Below are positions 13,116-26,833 of a DNA stretch of 64,000 bases, in pieces; positions within the stretch are counted from its first letter, which is position 1; each line of letters opens with the position of its first letter. The translations under genes were made by a program, and so were the position numbers. The DNA is from Eledone cirrhosa (lineage: Eukaryota), in contig OZ024743.1 in assembly GCA_964016885.1 (NCBI GenBank), positions 60,512,001 through 60,576,000 on the forward strand. Direction: 5' to 3'. The notes under the pieces were generated by a model. That model was not told where the DNA came from, did no database searches, and worked only from the letters and a program-made list of their open reading frames with translations.

Positions 13116-13580
13116 GAATGTTTATATAGTGTATTTTGCAATACACTGTATGCTTAATTAAAACCATTTTGAAGACCATACGCTATTGTTTTAAAATAGT
13201 GACAATGCCACTTATTTAAATTTTCAGCAAACAGGGGAGATAAACTGACAGAGCTCTGTTTCGTACTTTTTGGTACTTATCAAAGTTCCTGTTTGCTGAA
13301 AATTATGTGTGTTGGATTCTCATAGAATTCCAGTAATAATCAGTTCCTGATTATTACTGGAATTCTATAAGAATCCAACATACATAATTTTCAGCAAACA
13401 GGAGGGTTAATGAACTTTGTACCAAAAAGTACGGAACAAAGCTCTGTCAGATTATCTCCTCTGTTTGCTGAAAATTTAAATAAGTGGCATTGTCACTATT
13501 TTAAAACAATAGCGTATGGTCTTCAAAATGCTTTTAATTAAGCATACAGTGTATTGCAAAATACACTAACTATACGTTCA
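13113..13580. mobile_element. ~470-bp palindromic PLE-type terminus with decayed HHRs
   Basis: Arms meet at ~13345; minus 13243-13287 reads aact-TTGATAA-gtac caaaaa gtac-GAAA-cagagctctg-TC-agtt. Confidence 0.8.
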
Positions 13581-13613
13581 TATATATATATCGCTATTTC
13601 AGAGCACCAATTC

Positions 13614-13727
<114 letters not shown>

Positions 13728-14032
13728 GTGTGTGTGTGTTAGTGTGTGTGAGTGTGTGTGAGTGTGTGAGACTGAGTTTGTATGCGAGAATAGGAGTGGA
13801 AACATCCGGATATTTTAAAGAACAGCGAATAAATACGGTATAATTACAACATATAGGCAATATTATTTCCGTACATGCTCTATACAATCAGATATATGAA
13901 CATATATTGAGGTGATTTTTAGGAATTCAGCAATAGTTAATGATACCTATTCTTAAATATAATATTGGATAACTAAATAGGTTTACAAGTAGATATATTA
14001 TGTAGAGATATTTTTACACATATGCGCTCGCC

Positions 14033-14090
<58 letters not shown>

Positions 14091-14917
14091 TATTTTTCTA
14101 TATGTGTATGCATGTATGTATTTACGTATATATGGATGGAAGAATGTATGCATATATATATATATACAAACACACACAAATATGAGAAAACTCTTCGCTA
14201 GGTCAGGCATTATAACAGCTAAATGCTGCCAAAGACAGCGATAGGGAAAATGCCTCAGAGGACAGAGGCCAGTGGCTAGTGGTCAACAGATAGACAACCC
14301 AGAAGGTGGGAGACAGGCCGATGAAATAAAGGAAAGATTGTATGGGGTGGAGGACAAGGAGAAGTGAGTTGACACAGAAATGACTGGAAGAAGGAAATAT
14401 AGACAGGTTATGTACAAGGCACGTTTACACACACAGCTTCACCCTCATCAGTTCTCAAACCAGCAAAACTAAATCGTGCGAAACCATTTGATTAAATAGC
14501 TGCTTTGACTTCGGCATATGTCGGGTCAAATCCATTTCAAGGATTTCTGGCTTCACAGGAATTGAATCAATGCATGTCCAGTTGTTTGAGTGAAGTTAAA
14601 ATTATGTGCATTTTGAGCGATGCCTATTAAGCGATGTCAGTTTGATCGAACCTCAAACTGCTTTTTTAAAGACCTTTTGAGCGAAGTTGATAAAAAAATA
14701 AAAATATACTAGAAATCTACATTTTTGGGGGGTACAAATACTTACACCATCACAACGAGTAAATAACATACATGTGCTATGGAAAGAGCGAATATGAACA
14801 ATGTCTATTTGATGACACATTTTTTAATATGGAAACAATCAAATGCCATTCTTTGTACCTTGGATTCATCCAAGTGGTTTTGAACCAGGTTGTTGAAACA
14901 ATGTTGGTGATAAGTAG

Positions 14918-15098
14918 GCCGGTGGAATGGCAGTATCGGTAGAGGGTCGGGCGCCATGCTTTGACGCATAGAGTTACGGCCCTTGCCATTCTGAGTTCAA
15001 ATCCCGCCGAAGTTAACTTTGCCTTTCATCCTTACGGGGTCGATAAAATAAAGTACCAGTAATGCTGGCCTTGTGCCAAAAAGTAGAAACAATTATTT
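14918..15098 (+). mobile_element. tRNA-derived SINE (family 1, octopus-type)
   Basis: A-box tggcagtatcgg, B-box gagttcaaatccc, core tttgcctttcatccttacggggtcgataaaataaagtaccag; several copies in window. Confidence 0.88.
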
Positions 15099-15799
15099 AC
15101 GTCCTTTATCGCAAGAGCTGTTCCTTTTTAATGGTTTTACGCTATCATGAAATGTTCGGATATTACAAAAACCAAAATTTAATGGGATTTTTTGACCTTT
15201 TATTTGTGTTTGGGTTTCAACTGCATTATGGATAGCTGGACAGCCGCAGTAAGATTACAATCTTTCGTGAGGAGGCAATTTTGTAGGACAATTTTTGTCA
15301 GCCCCACCCCCCACCCCAGTTAAAGAAAGGCTTTGCTTTGTCTAAACACGCCACCTTTGTCACCCATCAAAGCATGCGAGCAGCACAATTGGCCATAGAT
15401 TTTGTGCTAAATGGCCATGCCATTACCTACTGAGCCACATTCTGAGCTGAGTACCAACTAAGGACTTCCAGTAATATCCTTTACCTGCTATCCCATGAAA
15501 AGAGGGTTTTGGTCCACAGAAAGTGAAGTGAGTAAATATTTTTGGCCTACCGACACAATGGTTTTAATTGTGTAATGACTTGCGTGTGACCATTCACACA
15601 TTTTAGCACGGCTGATGGCAACAATTGGTGCAAAGTATGTCACTAAACTGATAAATAGCAGATCTCAGGCTTTCTTTTCATAGTTTTCAAGCTCCTAGAT
15701 AAATTACCAGCCCGGACCAAAGAGCAATTATCGACCCATGAGGTGAGCTATCGTGTGACAGATAAAAGCCTGGTATGTTAAATCTGCCGGAATAGCCTG

Positions 15800-16055
15800 C
15801 TCATGAAATTAACGTACAAGTGGCTGAGCATTCCATAGACACGTGCATGTGGCTGAGCATTCCACAGCAACGTAATTCTGAATGGGAAAAGACTGGCCCA
15901 TTCGAATTATAAATACAACTCATTTTTGCCAACTGGGTGGACTGGAGCATCGTGAGATAATGCCTGTTGCTCAAGGTTATGACGCGCCGCCAGGAATCGA
16001 ACTCACGAACTTGTGATTGTGAGCCGAATAACCTAACCATACAGACGCGCACCTT
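15800..16055 (-). mobile_element. tRNA-derived SINE (family 2)
   Basis: Reverse tRNA head ggaatcgaactcacga..ctaaccat; body shared with 1-400 and 28900-29135. Confidence 0.7.
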
Positions 16056-16429
16056 CAAAAATACCTTAGTATTCAAATATACTGTTACATAAATATACAT
16101 ACGTAAGCAGATTTATGTATACACATAGACAGTAACACATACTTCACATAATCGTGATACAGGCACATACTTGTTGAAAACATTCCAAGTTTATAGTTGA
16201 TTGTTCTTTCAGTAATGTTCACTCGAACCAAAACAAATCAGGAGGGAATCTATTCGTATAGAGATGTAGAATATTTATGTTCATTCACACACATACATAC
16301 ACACATACCCCCCCCCCCCCCCACATATATATATATAGTAATAATAATAAATTTGAAGACTAAAATCCAAAGAGGGCTCGATAAGGATAAATATATATCA
16401 GATATATAAGAACAGTAGAGCAAATATAT

Positions 16430-16625
16430 ATAATTGTTTCTACTTTAGGCACAAGGCCAGCAATTATCCAGTCAGTGCATTACTGGTACTTTATTTTATC
16501 GACCCCGTAAGGATGAAAGGCAAAGTCAACCTCGGCGGGATTTGAACTCAGATCGTAAAGGGACGTAACTATGCTGGAAAGCATGGCGTCCGACCCTCTA
16601 CCGATACTGCCAATCCACCGCCCTT
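16430..16625 (-). mobile_element. tRNA-derived SINE (family 1)
   Basis: Reverse complement of the 14918-15098 type. Confidence 0.88.
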
Positions 16626-16985
16626 GAGCAAATATATATAATATTATATATTAATATGTGTAGAAGTAAACACAGTAAACCCGTGTCTAAAATTACAAGG
16701 GTAGATTACACCACACATATAATATATATATATAATATATATATATAATATTATATATATTAATATATATATATATATAGAGAGAGAGAGATTTTAAAGA
16801 ATCCCCTTTCTTTAAATCCATCAACTAATGACCTCCACCCATCCCCTACCACCATAAAATGTATAAATACCACCATATTACTTGGACAGTCGGGTTCCTG
16901 GTGATTTCTCTGGAATGAATCAGTTCTCGTCCTGTAGAGGCCATTTCCATATTATATATATATGCGCGCGCTTGTGCGTGTGTAC

Positions 16986-17019
<34 letters not shown>

Positions 17020-17021
<2 letters not shown>

Positions 17022-17189
17022 AAGATATTAATAAATGGAAACTATATTTATAAAACCATATTTATTCTATTATATATATTTCAAGGGTACCAAAACTTTG
17101 GTACGCCCTCATCAGATTACAAAGCTTGTTTTATAAATATTGACATATCCAGGAATGAGACCTTAACAGTTCAAGTTTTACCTGGATAG

Positions 17190-17190
<1 letters not shown>
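17020..17190 (-). mobile_element. PLE 3' terminus (family A) with HHR at 17063-17123
   Basis: CTGATGA-gggcgtacc/ggtaccctt-GAAA-tatata-TA; stem I decayed; tail matches 31207, 32913 and 46117. Confidence 0.75.
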
Positions 17191-17220
<30 letters not shown>

Positions 17221-17329
17221 ACGGTGGAACTGGGGTGAGGGGGCCAGAGAACCATGCCCCCCACCCCTCAGTAATTATATTTTTCTCCACAAACTAACAA
17301 AACACACATCTATTTATATACATGTTATG

Positions 17330-18070
17330 TAGAGAGAGATGGGAGACGTAGATATAGATATAGAGAGGGGGAGAGTTTCATAATAATTGATATAGAGAGG
17401 AAGGTTGGGAGAGCGTGTTGTACATTAGATATCGAGATGGGGAGAGATTTTTGTTTATTGATTTAGAGAGAGTAACTAGAAGAGTGTTCCGTGTAGTAGA
17501 TATAGAGAGGGGAAGATATTGGCGTTAATTGATATAGAAAGCGGGAATAGAAGAGGGTTCCGTGTAGTAGATATTGAGAGGGCCGAAGTTTGGTGCTAAT
17601 TAATATAGAGAGGGGTATTGGAAGAGTATTTTGTGAGTTTGGATAGAATGAGAGGGAATGAGAGAGTGTGTCGTATGGTAGATATAGAGAGGGGTATAGG
17701 TTGGTGGTAATTGATTTAGAGAGGGGGAGAGTTTGGTGTTAATTGATATAGAGAGGGGTATTGGAAGAGAGTCCCGTGTTTTAGATATAGAGAGGGCGAG
17801 TGTTTGTTGGTTGTAGATATACAGAGAGGGATAGTGGGAGAGTGTCGTTTAGTAGATATAGAGAGGGTGAGAGTTTAGGGGTGATTCATATACAGAGGGG
17901 TATTGTGAGAGATAAGTGTAGATGTTTATAGAGAGTGAGAGTGTATTAGTCTTAGATCTAGAGAGTGGGACAAGAGAAGCGGTGTCATCGTAAATATAGA
18001 GAGGGGTAGGGTTTGGTTTTAGTTGATACAGAGAGTGGGATTAAAAGAGAGTTTTGTGTGATAGACATAG
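17330..18070. repeat. Degenerate purine-rich minisatellite (~29-30 nt unit)
   Basis: Recurrent gatatagagaggg core. Confidence 0.7.
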
Positions 18071-18736
18071 AAGAGTTTGATGGCACTCTCGGCCCCCAAA
18101 TTATAGGAAGGGTGGCAATAATAGGGAAGGGTGAATCAGTAAGTGTATAGTGTACGTTCGTAAATATCGAAATTCTTGCAATATTCTTCTTTTGTCATAT
18201 ATAATGTTTTTTTCATGTAAAATAAAATTATTAGATTCTCTAACTGTTGTATGAAATGCGGATCACAATAAAATTTCGTCGGAGATAGATTAGCAAAATT
18301 TAATAAGTGGGTGGGGTTGGGGTGGAATAAAAACCGAGGGCTGGGTGGAAAGATCTGACGAATTAATAAGCAGGGTATGGGGGCGATTATTGAAGACCTG
18401 AAAGTACATGGATTACTGACGGATGTAAGAATGAAAACTCAATACCGAAGTAGATTTTAAATATTCATTTATTATGGCTAAGCCTTGTTACTCAGGAGTC
18501 TCGCCTGCGTACTCACCAAACTAGACTGGTGATTCTGTCAGTACACAGGTAAAACTTTAGATTATATATATATACACTCATTTCTTATGGCTTTTGGGGA
18601 GCTTTGTTACTCTAAAGTTTATAGGAAATGAATAAATTGGGTATAGTACCAGTTTATTACCAAATGCGAAGAAGCTCGATATATTAACCCCTTAGGAAAG
18701 GACACAGGGCATAATCTTTTTTTAATTATATATATA

Positions 18737-18870
18737 CAGTGGCGATGGAACTGGGGGGGGGGGGGGGGGGGGGGGCGGGTGCTCCCATCCTAAAATTATA
18801 TTTTTTCCTCAAACGACCAAAACACACCTATATTTGGATATGCGCTACAATTTATGTACATGTTATGTTT
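18737..18870 (+). mobile_element. hAT-like element end; related copy at ~17220-17330
   Basis: cagtggcgatggaactggg...aattatattttt...aaaacacac...tacatgttatgt shared. Confidence 0.4.
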
Positions 18871-19297
18871 ATCGCATATCGATGTTTTCTGATCATTTTA
18901 GAGTGCAAAGAGCTATACTAATCGCTACAACCATATTGTTCAAATTTGAAACACTACAGAAACTCTACATCGGATGTTAACAGCAATTCCGGGAGTCCAG
19001 GTCTAGTTATCATTTATTTTTCTATCATTTATTTTATTTTGACCTGTTTAGCTTGATTTGGTTTTTGGTTTGGGTGGTTAATGCCTTCTTGACCACCTTT
19101 TCAGTTTTGTATGGCTTCTTAACACATTGTTTAGCTCTGGTTTTTAACTATTGAGCACTTTGCCAGTATCATTTCTGATTTTTGCGTTTCGCTTCGCCTT
19201 TCCTGCCCGCCGAAATGCGATTCTCGCTGAATCTTTATTTGTATGTATGTATATATATTTCTTTGACAGGTGCGTCATAGGCACTCCTCTCTATTGG

Positions 19298-19810
<513 letters not shown>

Positions 19811-20170
19811 ACATATATATATTATATAATACTTACATATATATATATGTGTGTGTGTGTGTATACATACTCCTACAGGTGCATACCTGGCGTATATCCA
19901 TGTGGTTATCAAATGAAAATCTATTTTAGTGATTCGGAGTAATCCTTCAAAAATAACGTAAAGTAACATATATTCTAATTGAAGGAAGACGTAAATAACA
20001 TGGGAGGGTAACGAAGTAAAAGTAAATAAATGGATGGATGAATAGTTTGATGGAGGCATGGGTGGATGGATGTATCATGCATGTGTGCCTATTTGTATGT
20101 GTGTATATATGTTTATATGCACCATTTTATTTGAGTATCTGTATAAGACTTGGTGTAAGTATAAATGTAT

Positions 20171-20220
<50 letters not shown>

Positions 20221-20224
<4 letters not shown>

Positions 20225-20661
20225 CAAGTAAATATGTTTTAAAACAATGAGCAGGTTTGAAATTAGAAAATAGAACAGCTTTCACCGTATTTTTTTAGTA
20301 AAGAAATTTTAGTCTGATAATGGGGTTTAGAACCCTCAGATAAATGGAAAAGGATGAGTATTGACGTACATGGGAGTCGAACCCACATATTTGGTTATCC
20401 AGACCGCTGTGCTATCATTTACACCAACACATCACCAATCTCCCACCATTTAAATTAGAAGCTACATTCTTAGCGAGTATAAATGACAAGTAAATATGTT
20501 TTCAAACAATGAGCAGGTTTGAAATTAGAAAATAGAACAGCTTTCACCGTATTTTTTTTAGTAAAGAAATTTTAGTCTGATAATGGGGTTTAGAACTCTC
20601 AGATAAATGGAAAAAGATGAGTATTGACTCCCATGTACGTTAATACTCATCTTTTTCCATT
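20221..20661 (-). mobile_element. 262-nt unit with partial tandem repeat and inverted arm, containing a tRNA-like cloverleaf
   Basis: atgacaagtaaatatg at 20221 and 20483; 20626-20661 is the reverse complement of ~20343-20378; (TA)n at left. Confidence 0.75.
20362..20433 (-). tRNA. tRNA-like sequence (pseudo-tRNA inside a repeat)
   Basis: gatgtgt tg gtgt aaatgata gcac a gcggt ctggata accaa atat gtggg ttcgact cccat gtacgtc a; anticodon stem weak. Confidence 0.6.
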
Positions 20662-20667
20662 GATGGA

Positions 20668-21111
20668 AAATCTGCAGATTCTACACCCTGATTACACCTT
20701 CAGATTTATGCCTGTGATTATTGGGGCACTGGGGTATGTTAGTAACTGCCTCAATACAAACCTTGAGAAGCTAGGTTTCACAGGAACAGAAAGAACATAA
20801 CTAATCAGGAAATTACAAGTACAATCCATTAATGGAACAGTACAAATATGTAAAACATTCCAAAAATGTGCATCTAATAACTGCATATATACATGTACAG
20901 ATACAAAGCATATACACATGCACACATACAACTCAAAACATCCACATCCACACATACAATAACATCCATATCTACACATGCATGCATGCAGCCATGCATA
21001 CATATCTACCGAGTTGATGTTGTGTAAATTCCAATGAGAGAGTCTTATGTCTATGTTAGAAACCGACTCTCTTTCTATTGGTAAACATTTGAGAAATTAT
21101 AGAACCAGAAG
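20668..21111 (+). mobile_element. R4/Dong LINE 3' fragment
   Basis: Near-identical to ~23414-23850; ends in (ACAT)n. Confidence 0.88.
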
Positions 21112-21197
21112 AACATACATACATACATACATACACAGATATATACATATATACATACGCACAGATACACACATACATACACACATACATACATATG

Positions 21198-23850
21198 TGA
21201 GAGAAAAGTGCTTAATAAAAGATTCAGTCGAAAGCAAACATCAGTCTATAGAGATCTGAAGGGAAAAATAATAAGTCTCACTGAGACCCCATCCCAGAAA
21301 GACATAGAATCCTTTTGGAGCAAAATGTGGGGTGAAAAGAAGAATTTCAACCAAGATGTAGTGTGGCTAATAGAAATCCGAAAGAACTATTGCTCCTACA
21401 CTACAACAAAAACATACGAAATAAGTGAGGGTACCCTTGAGACTGTGATAGGAAAACTCTAAGATGAGAAAACACCAGGAAGAGACATGATTGTCGGCTA
21501 CTGGTACAAAAAACTGATATTCTATCGGAGGTATCTTACTGACCTCTACCAACAAGTTCTTAAGGGAGATACACTTATACCAGAATGGTTGACATTAGCA
21601 CAAACATTACTGGTCCCCAAGAACAAAGACACCCACTTGGAAAAAAACTACCGACCCATTACATGCCAGAACCTGATGTATAAGATGTATACAACCTGCC
21701 TGAACCTCCAAGATCACTGTGAAAATAATAACATCACAGATGAACAAGCAGCTGGAAAGAAAGAAGTTTAGGGATGTGCTGAACAACTCCTAATCAACAA
21801 AACTGCGATGTCGGGGCTGCGACAACTTAGGAGGAATATGGCTACAGTATGGCTGGACTACAGGAAAGTTTTCGATTCTGTTCCCCTCTCTTGGATGATA
21901 GAGGCCCTCCAACTTGCTAAAGTCCCAGACATTATTGTCAGAGCCATAGAGAGGCTGTCTTCTTCTTGGGCTACTATCCTAAGGTTAAAGACAGAGAGGG
22001 AGGACTCTATTTTCACTGATAAAATAAAATATTGCAGGAGTATATTTCAGAGGGACAGGCTCTCTGTGATATTATTCATCTTGTCATTAAAGCCCTTGTC
22101 GTTACTGCTAAGAAATGTAAGGGATACATCATTGGCTCACAAGAGGACAGAAATACGAACTTAACCCATAATTTCTTTGTGGACGATCTGAAACTCTATG
22201 CCAAGAACATGGATGGGATGCAAAAAAATCTTGACCGGGTTGCAAGGTTCTCAAAGGATATAGGAATGGAGCTTGGCCAAGATAAATGCTCATAGAGGGG
22301 GAAAACAACAACCCAATCTAGCAACATTGTCATCAATGGCCTAACTGTTTCACCGATATCTGATGAGGACTGCTACATATACCTGGGGATAGATGAGAAC
22401 ATATCCTATAATGGTATCTGTAATAAAGAACGCGTAACCAGGGAATACTACACCTGATTAAGAAAGATCTGGTAATCGGAACTCTCTGCGCCAAACAAAA
22501 CGGTGGCTCACAATGTGTTTGCTGTGCCTGTCCTAACACCAACGTTTGAAATACTTAATTGGACGATAGACGAAATCCGAGCAGTTGATGTTGGAACTCG
22601 AAAAATACTAAACAACACCAGAAACTTCCACATCAAGGGTGACATAGACCGCCTTTACTTGAAACGTAAGCAGGGAGGCAGAGGCCTAACATCAGTCCAG
22701 ACAAAATTTGAATGTCGCATCATATCTCTCCAACAACATCTACGAACCTCGAAGCGTAGGAGCCCGTTTCTCGAGCAAGTCTATCTGTATGAAACAGATA
22801 AAATGATGAGAGTTGGGATGTCGCTCAGCAGTATCGCAGTGAATCCATGGATGAAATACTGCATGCTTATCAGCAAAAAATCATGCACGGATATGTTGCC
22901 AGGAAGCTCCAGAGTGAGAGTAATATAGATAAGGAAAGTAGTCTATCTTGGAACAACAACCGCTATATTGGCTCCCACTTTGAAGAATACGCTTTTGCAA
23001 TCTAAGAACAGGAGATTAACACGAAATACCTGATTCACAAAAGAGATAGGGATGCAGGCAAAACACCTATATGTGATAACAAGTGCAGACATGTCATCGC
23101 GGTACTATCTACCTATGAGGCATGGTGTAGTGGCCAAAACACTGTACAATGCATTTCGTAAAAAAGATAGCCCCGATAATAATTACATTAAAAGCTACAG
23201 CAATGTGGAAGACATCCATGTACATAATATGAAAGAGAACTGGTGGAATGTTCCAGTAAAAACCCCAATAAAATGCAGGCATAACAGACCAGATATTATG
23301 ATATGGGACAGGGAGAAGAAAGCATGCACAGTAGTGGAAATTAGCTGCCCAGCAGATGCCAATATAATATCAAAGATTAGTGAAAAGGAGAATATTTATG
23401 CAGAACTGATGAGAAATCTGCAGATACTCCACCCTGATTACACCTTCAGATTTATGCCTGTGATTATTGGGGCACTGGGGTATGTTAGTAACTGCCTGAA
23501 TATAAATCTTGAGAAGCTAGGCTTCACAGGAACAGAAAGAACACAACTACTTAGGAAATTACAAGTACAATCCATTAATGGAACATTAAAAATATGTAAA
23601 AGATTCCGAAAATGTTGCATCTAATAACTGCACATACACATGTACAGATGCAAAGCATACACATGCACACATACAACTCAAAACATCCACATCCACACAT
23701 AGAATAACATCCATATCTACACATGCATACATACATAGATTACCTAGTTGATGTTGTGTAAATTCCAATGAGAGAGTCTTGTGTCTATGTTAGAAACCGA
23801 CTCTCTCTCTCTATTGGCAAAACTTTGTGAAATTATAAAACCAGAAGAAC
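21198..23850 (+). mobile_element. R4/Dong-clade LINE (RT plus restriction-like endonuclease), decayed
   Basis: NYRPITC, WLDYRKVFDSV, FFVDDLKLY, GGRGL, RHNRPDIMIWD..VVEISCP, PVIIGALG; (ACAT)n flanks. Confidence 0.9.
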
Positions 23851-23930
23851 ATACATACATACATACACACATACATACATACATACATACATACATACAT
23901 ACATACATACATACATACATACATACATAC

Positions 23931-24600
23931 ACCAATCCATTAATGGAACAGTAAAAATATGTAAAATATGCCAAAAATGTTACATCTAATAACTGCATAC
24001 ACACATGTACAGATACAAAGCATATACACATGCACACATACAACTCAAAACATACACATCCACACATACAATAACATCCATATCTACACATGCATGCATA
24101 TATAATCTACCTAGTTGATGCTGTGTAAATTCCAATGGGAGAGCCTTGTGTCTATGTTAGAAACCGACTCTCTCTATTGGGAAAAAATTTGTGAAATTAT
24201 AAAACCAGAGAACATACATACATATATTACTAACTGCCTCAGTTCAACTCTTGAGAAGCTGGGCTTCATAGAATCAGAAAGTGCTCGGCTAGTTAGGCAG
24301 TTGTAAGTACAGTCCATTAATGGAAGTATACAACATTTTAGAAATTCAACATGTAATAGCACATTTATAGATACAGAAATATATGCACGTGTACACATAT
24401 AACTAAAAACATACAGATATATACATACACTAACACCCATACTTGCATACACACGCAAACACATACAAACATACATATGTGCTTACCTGGTTGATTTTCT
24501 CTAAATTCTATTGAAAGAGTCTTGTGTTTATGTTTAAAACCGACTATCTCACTATTGGGGAACATTCATAAATTATTAAATCCAGAAGAACATACATAAA
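23931..24600 (+). mobile_element. Two further R4/Dong 3' fragments in tandem (23931-24212; diverged 24225-24592)
   Basis: Same tccattaatggaa...ccaga end followed by acatacata. Confidence 0.82.
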
Positions 24601-25140
24601 TTTGTACATAAATTTTTATGTCTATAAATTTAGTGAAAGAAGGAGAGATTGGAAGGGTGATAGTTGGAGGGAATGAGCGATTGAGGGAACAAAAAGAGTA
24701 GAAAAGTTAGTAATAGTTATTCCATAACAAGTGAACTATAAACATGAAGGTGTGTATTGTGTGTGAATATAAGTATATAGATATAAAGTGCAGTAATGAT
24801 TGGAAGGTTGGATACGTTTGTGTATGCGCTAATGGGAAAAACCTGTTATTTATGACAACACATGGTGTGCCATGTGGTATTTAACAGGATTGCATTATGA
24901 TTGTATCTTCAACAACATAACTAATATAATGCATTTTATATTATATTAAAAATTGTTTCATTTTCCTTTAGCAAAAGCAAAATTAGGTGCAAAAACAGTA
25001 AACTAAATATAACGTGAACACTTCAAGCAGACACACACACAAACACACATGCACACATATTTATATATACATATGTAAATATTACTCGAGTCACAGATTA
25101 TATAATATAAAAGAATACACAAATACACACACTGCCACAC

Positions 25141-25226
<86 letters not shown>

Positions 25227-25811
25227 GGGGGGGGATATAGTGAGAGGCGGTGAATTGGCAGAGTCGTTAGAACGTCAGAGGGAATGTTTTATGGTATTCG
25301 TTCAGGCTCTTTGCTCTCTGAGTTCAGATCCCACCAAGGTCGATTATAAAATGTACGAGTCTAGCACTGGGACCGATTCTTCGTCTCACTGGACGAAATA
25401 TGCTCTACTCAGGCCTGAAGAGCGATGGACTCCGCCACGCTTAAGATGTCAATTCGGTACCCCTACGGCCCTATCGGAGTTACAGGACCATAAATTATAT
25501 TATTTTATTTCTTACACTTGTTTCAGCAAACTCGACCCACGCCTATTGAGTGAGATTATGTACATGGAAATTCTAAGCAGATCTATTAACCCTGTAATTC
25601 AAGAGTTCAGTCTTATAATTGTTCATGTTGATTGCACTTGAGAAGTATTTTAAGGGGATCCGAGTCAGAGAAGTAGTCACCCAATTCAGCCTCTGATTCA
25701 ATGAATAGATCATTCTCGACTGGAACATTCATCCCGTATGTTTATGTGTGTGTATGTTTTTATGTGTGTGTGTATGTTTTTATGTGTGTGTGTATTTTTG
25801 TGTGTGAGCGT

Positions 25812-26833
<1,022 letters not shown>

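Noticed and set aside
20310-20345. ctgataa hairpin in the 262-nt unit as a possible HHR
   Set aside because: No GAAA or stem III in the required position on either strand.
20362-20433. Functional tRNA gene
   Set aside because: Anticodon stem has only 3 pairs, the acceptor stem is G-U rich, and it lies inside a repeat.
22355-22400. ctgatgag motif
   Set aside because: Inside Dong coding sequence, with no stem II or GAAA.
25410-25470. CTGAAGA followed by a gcg..cgc stem
   Set aside because: No GAAA box and no closing stems I or III.
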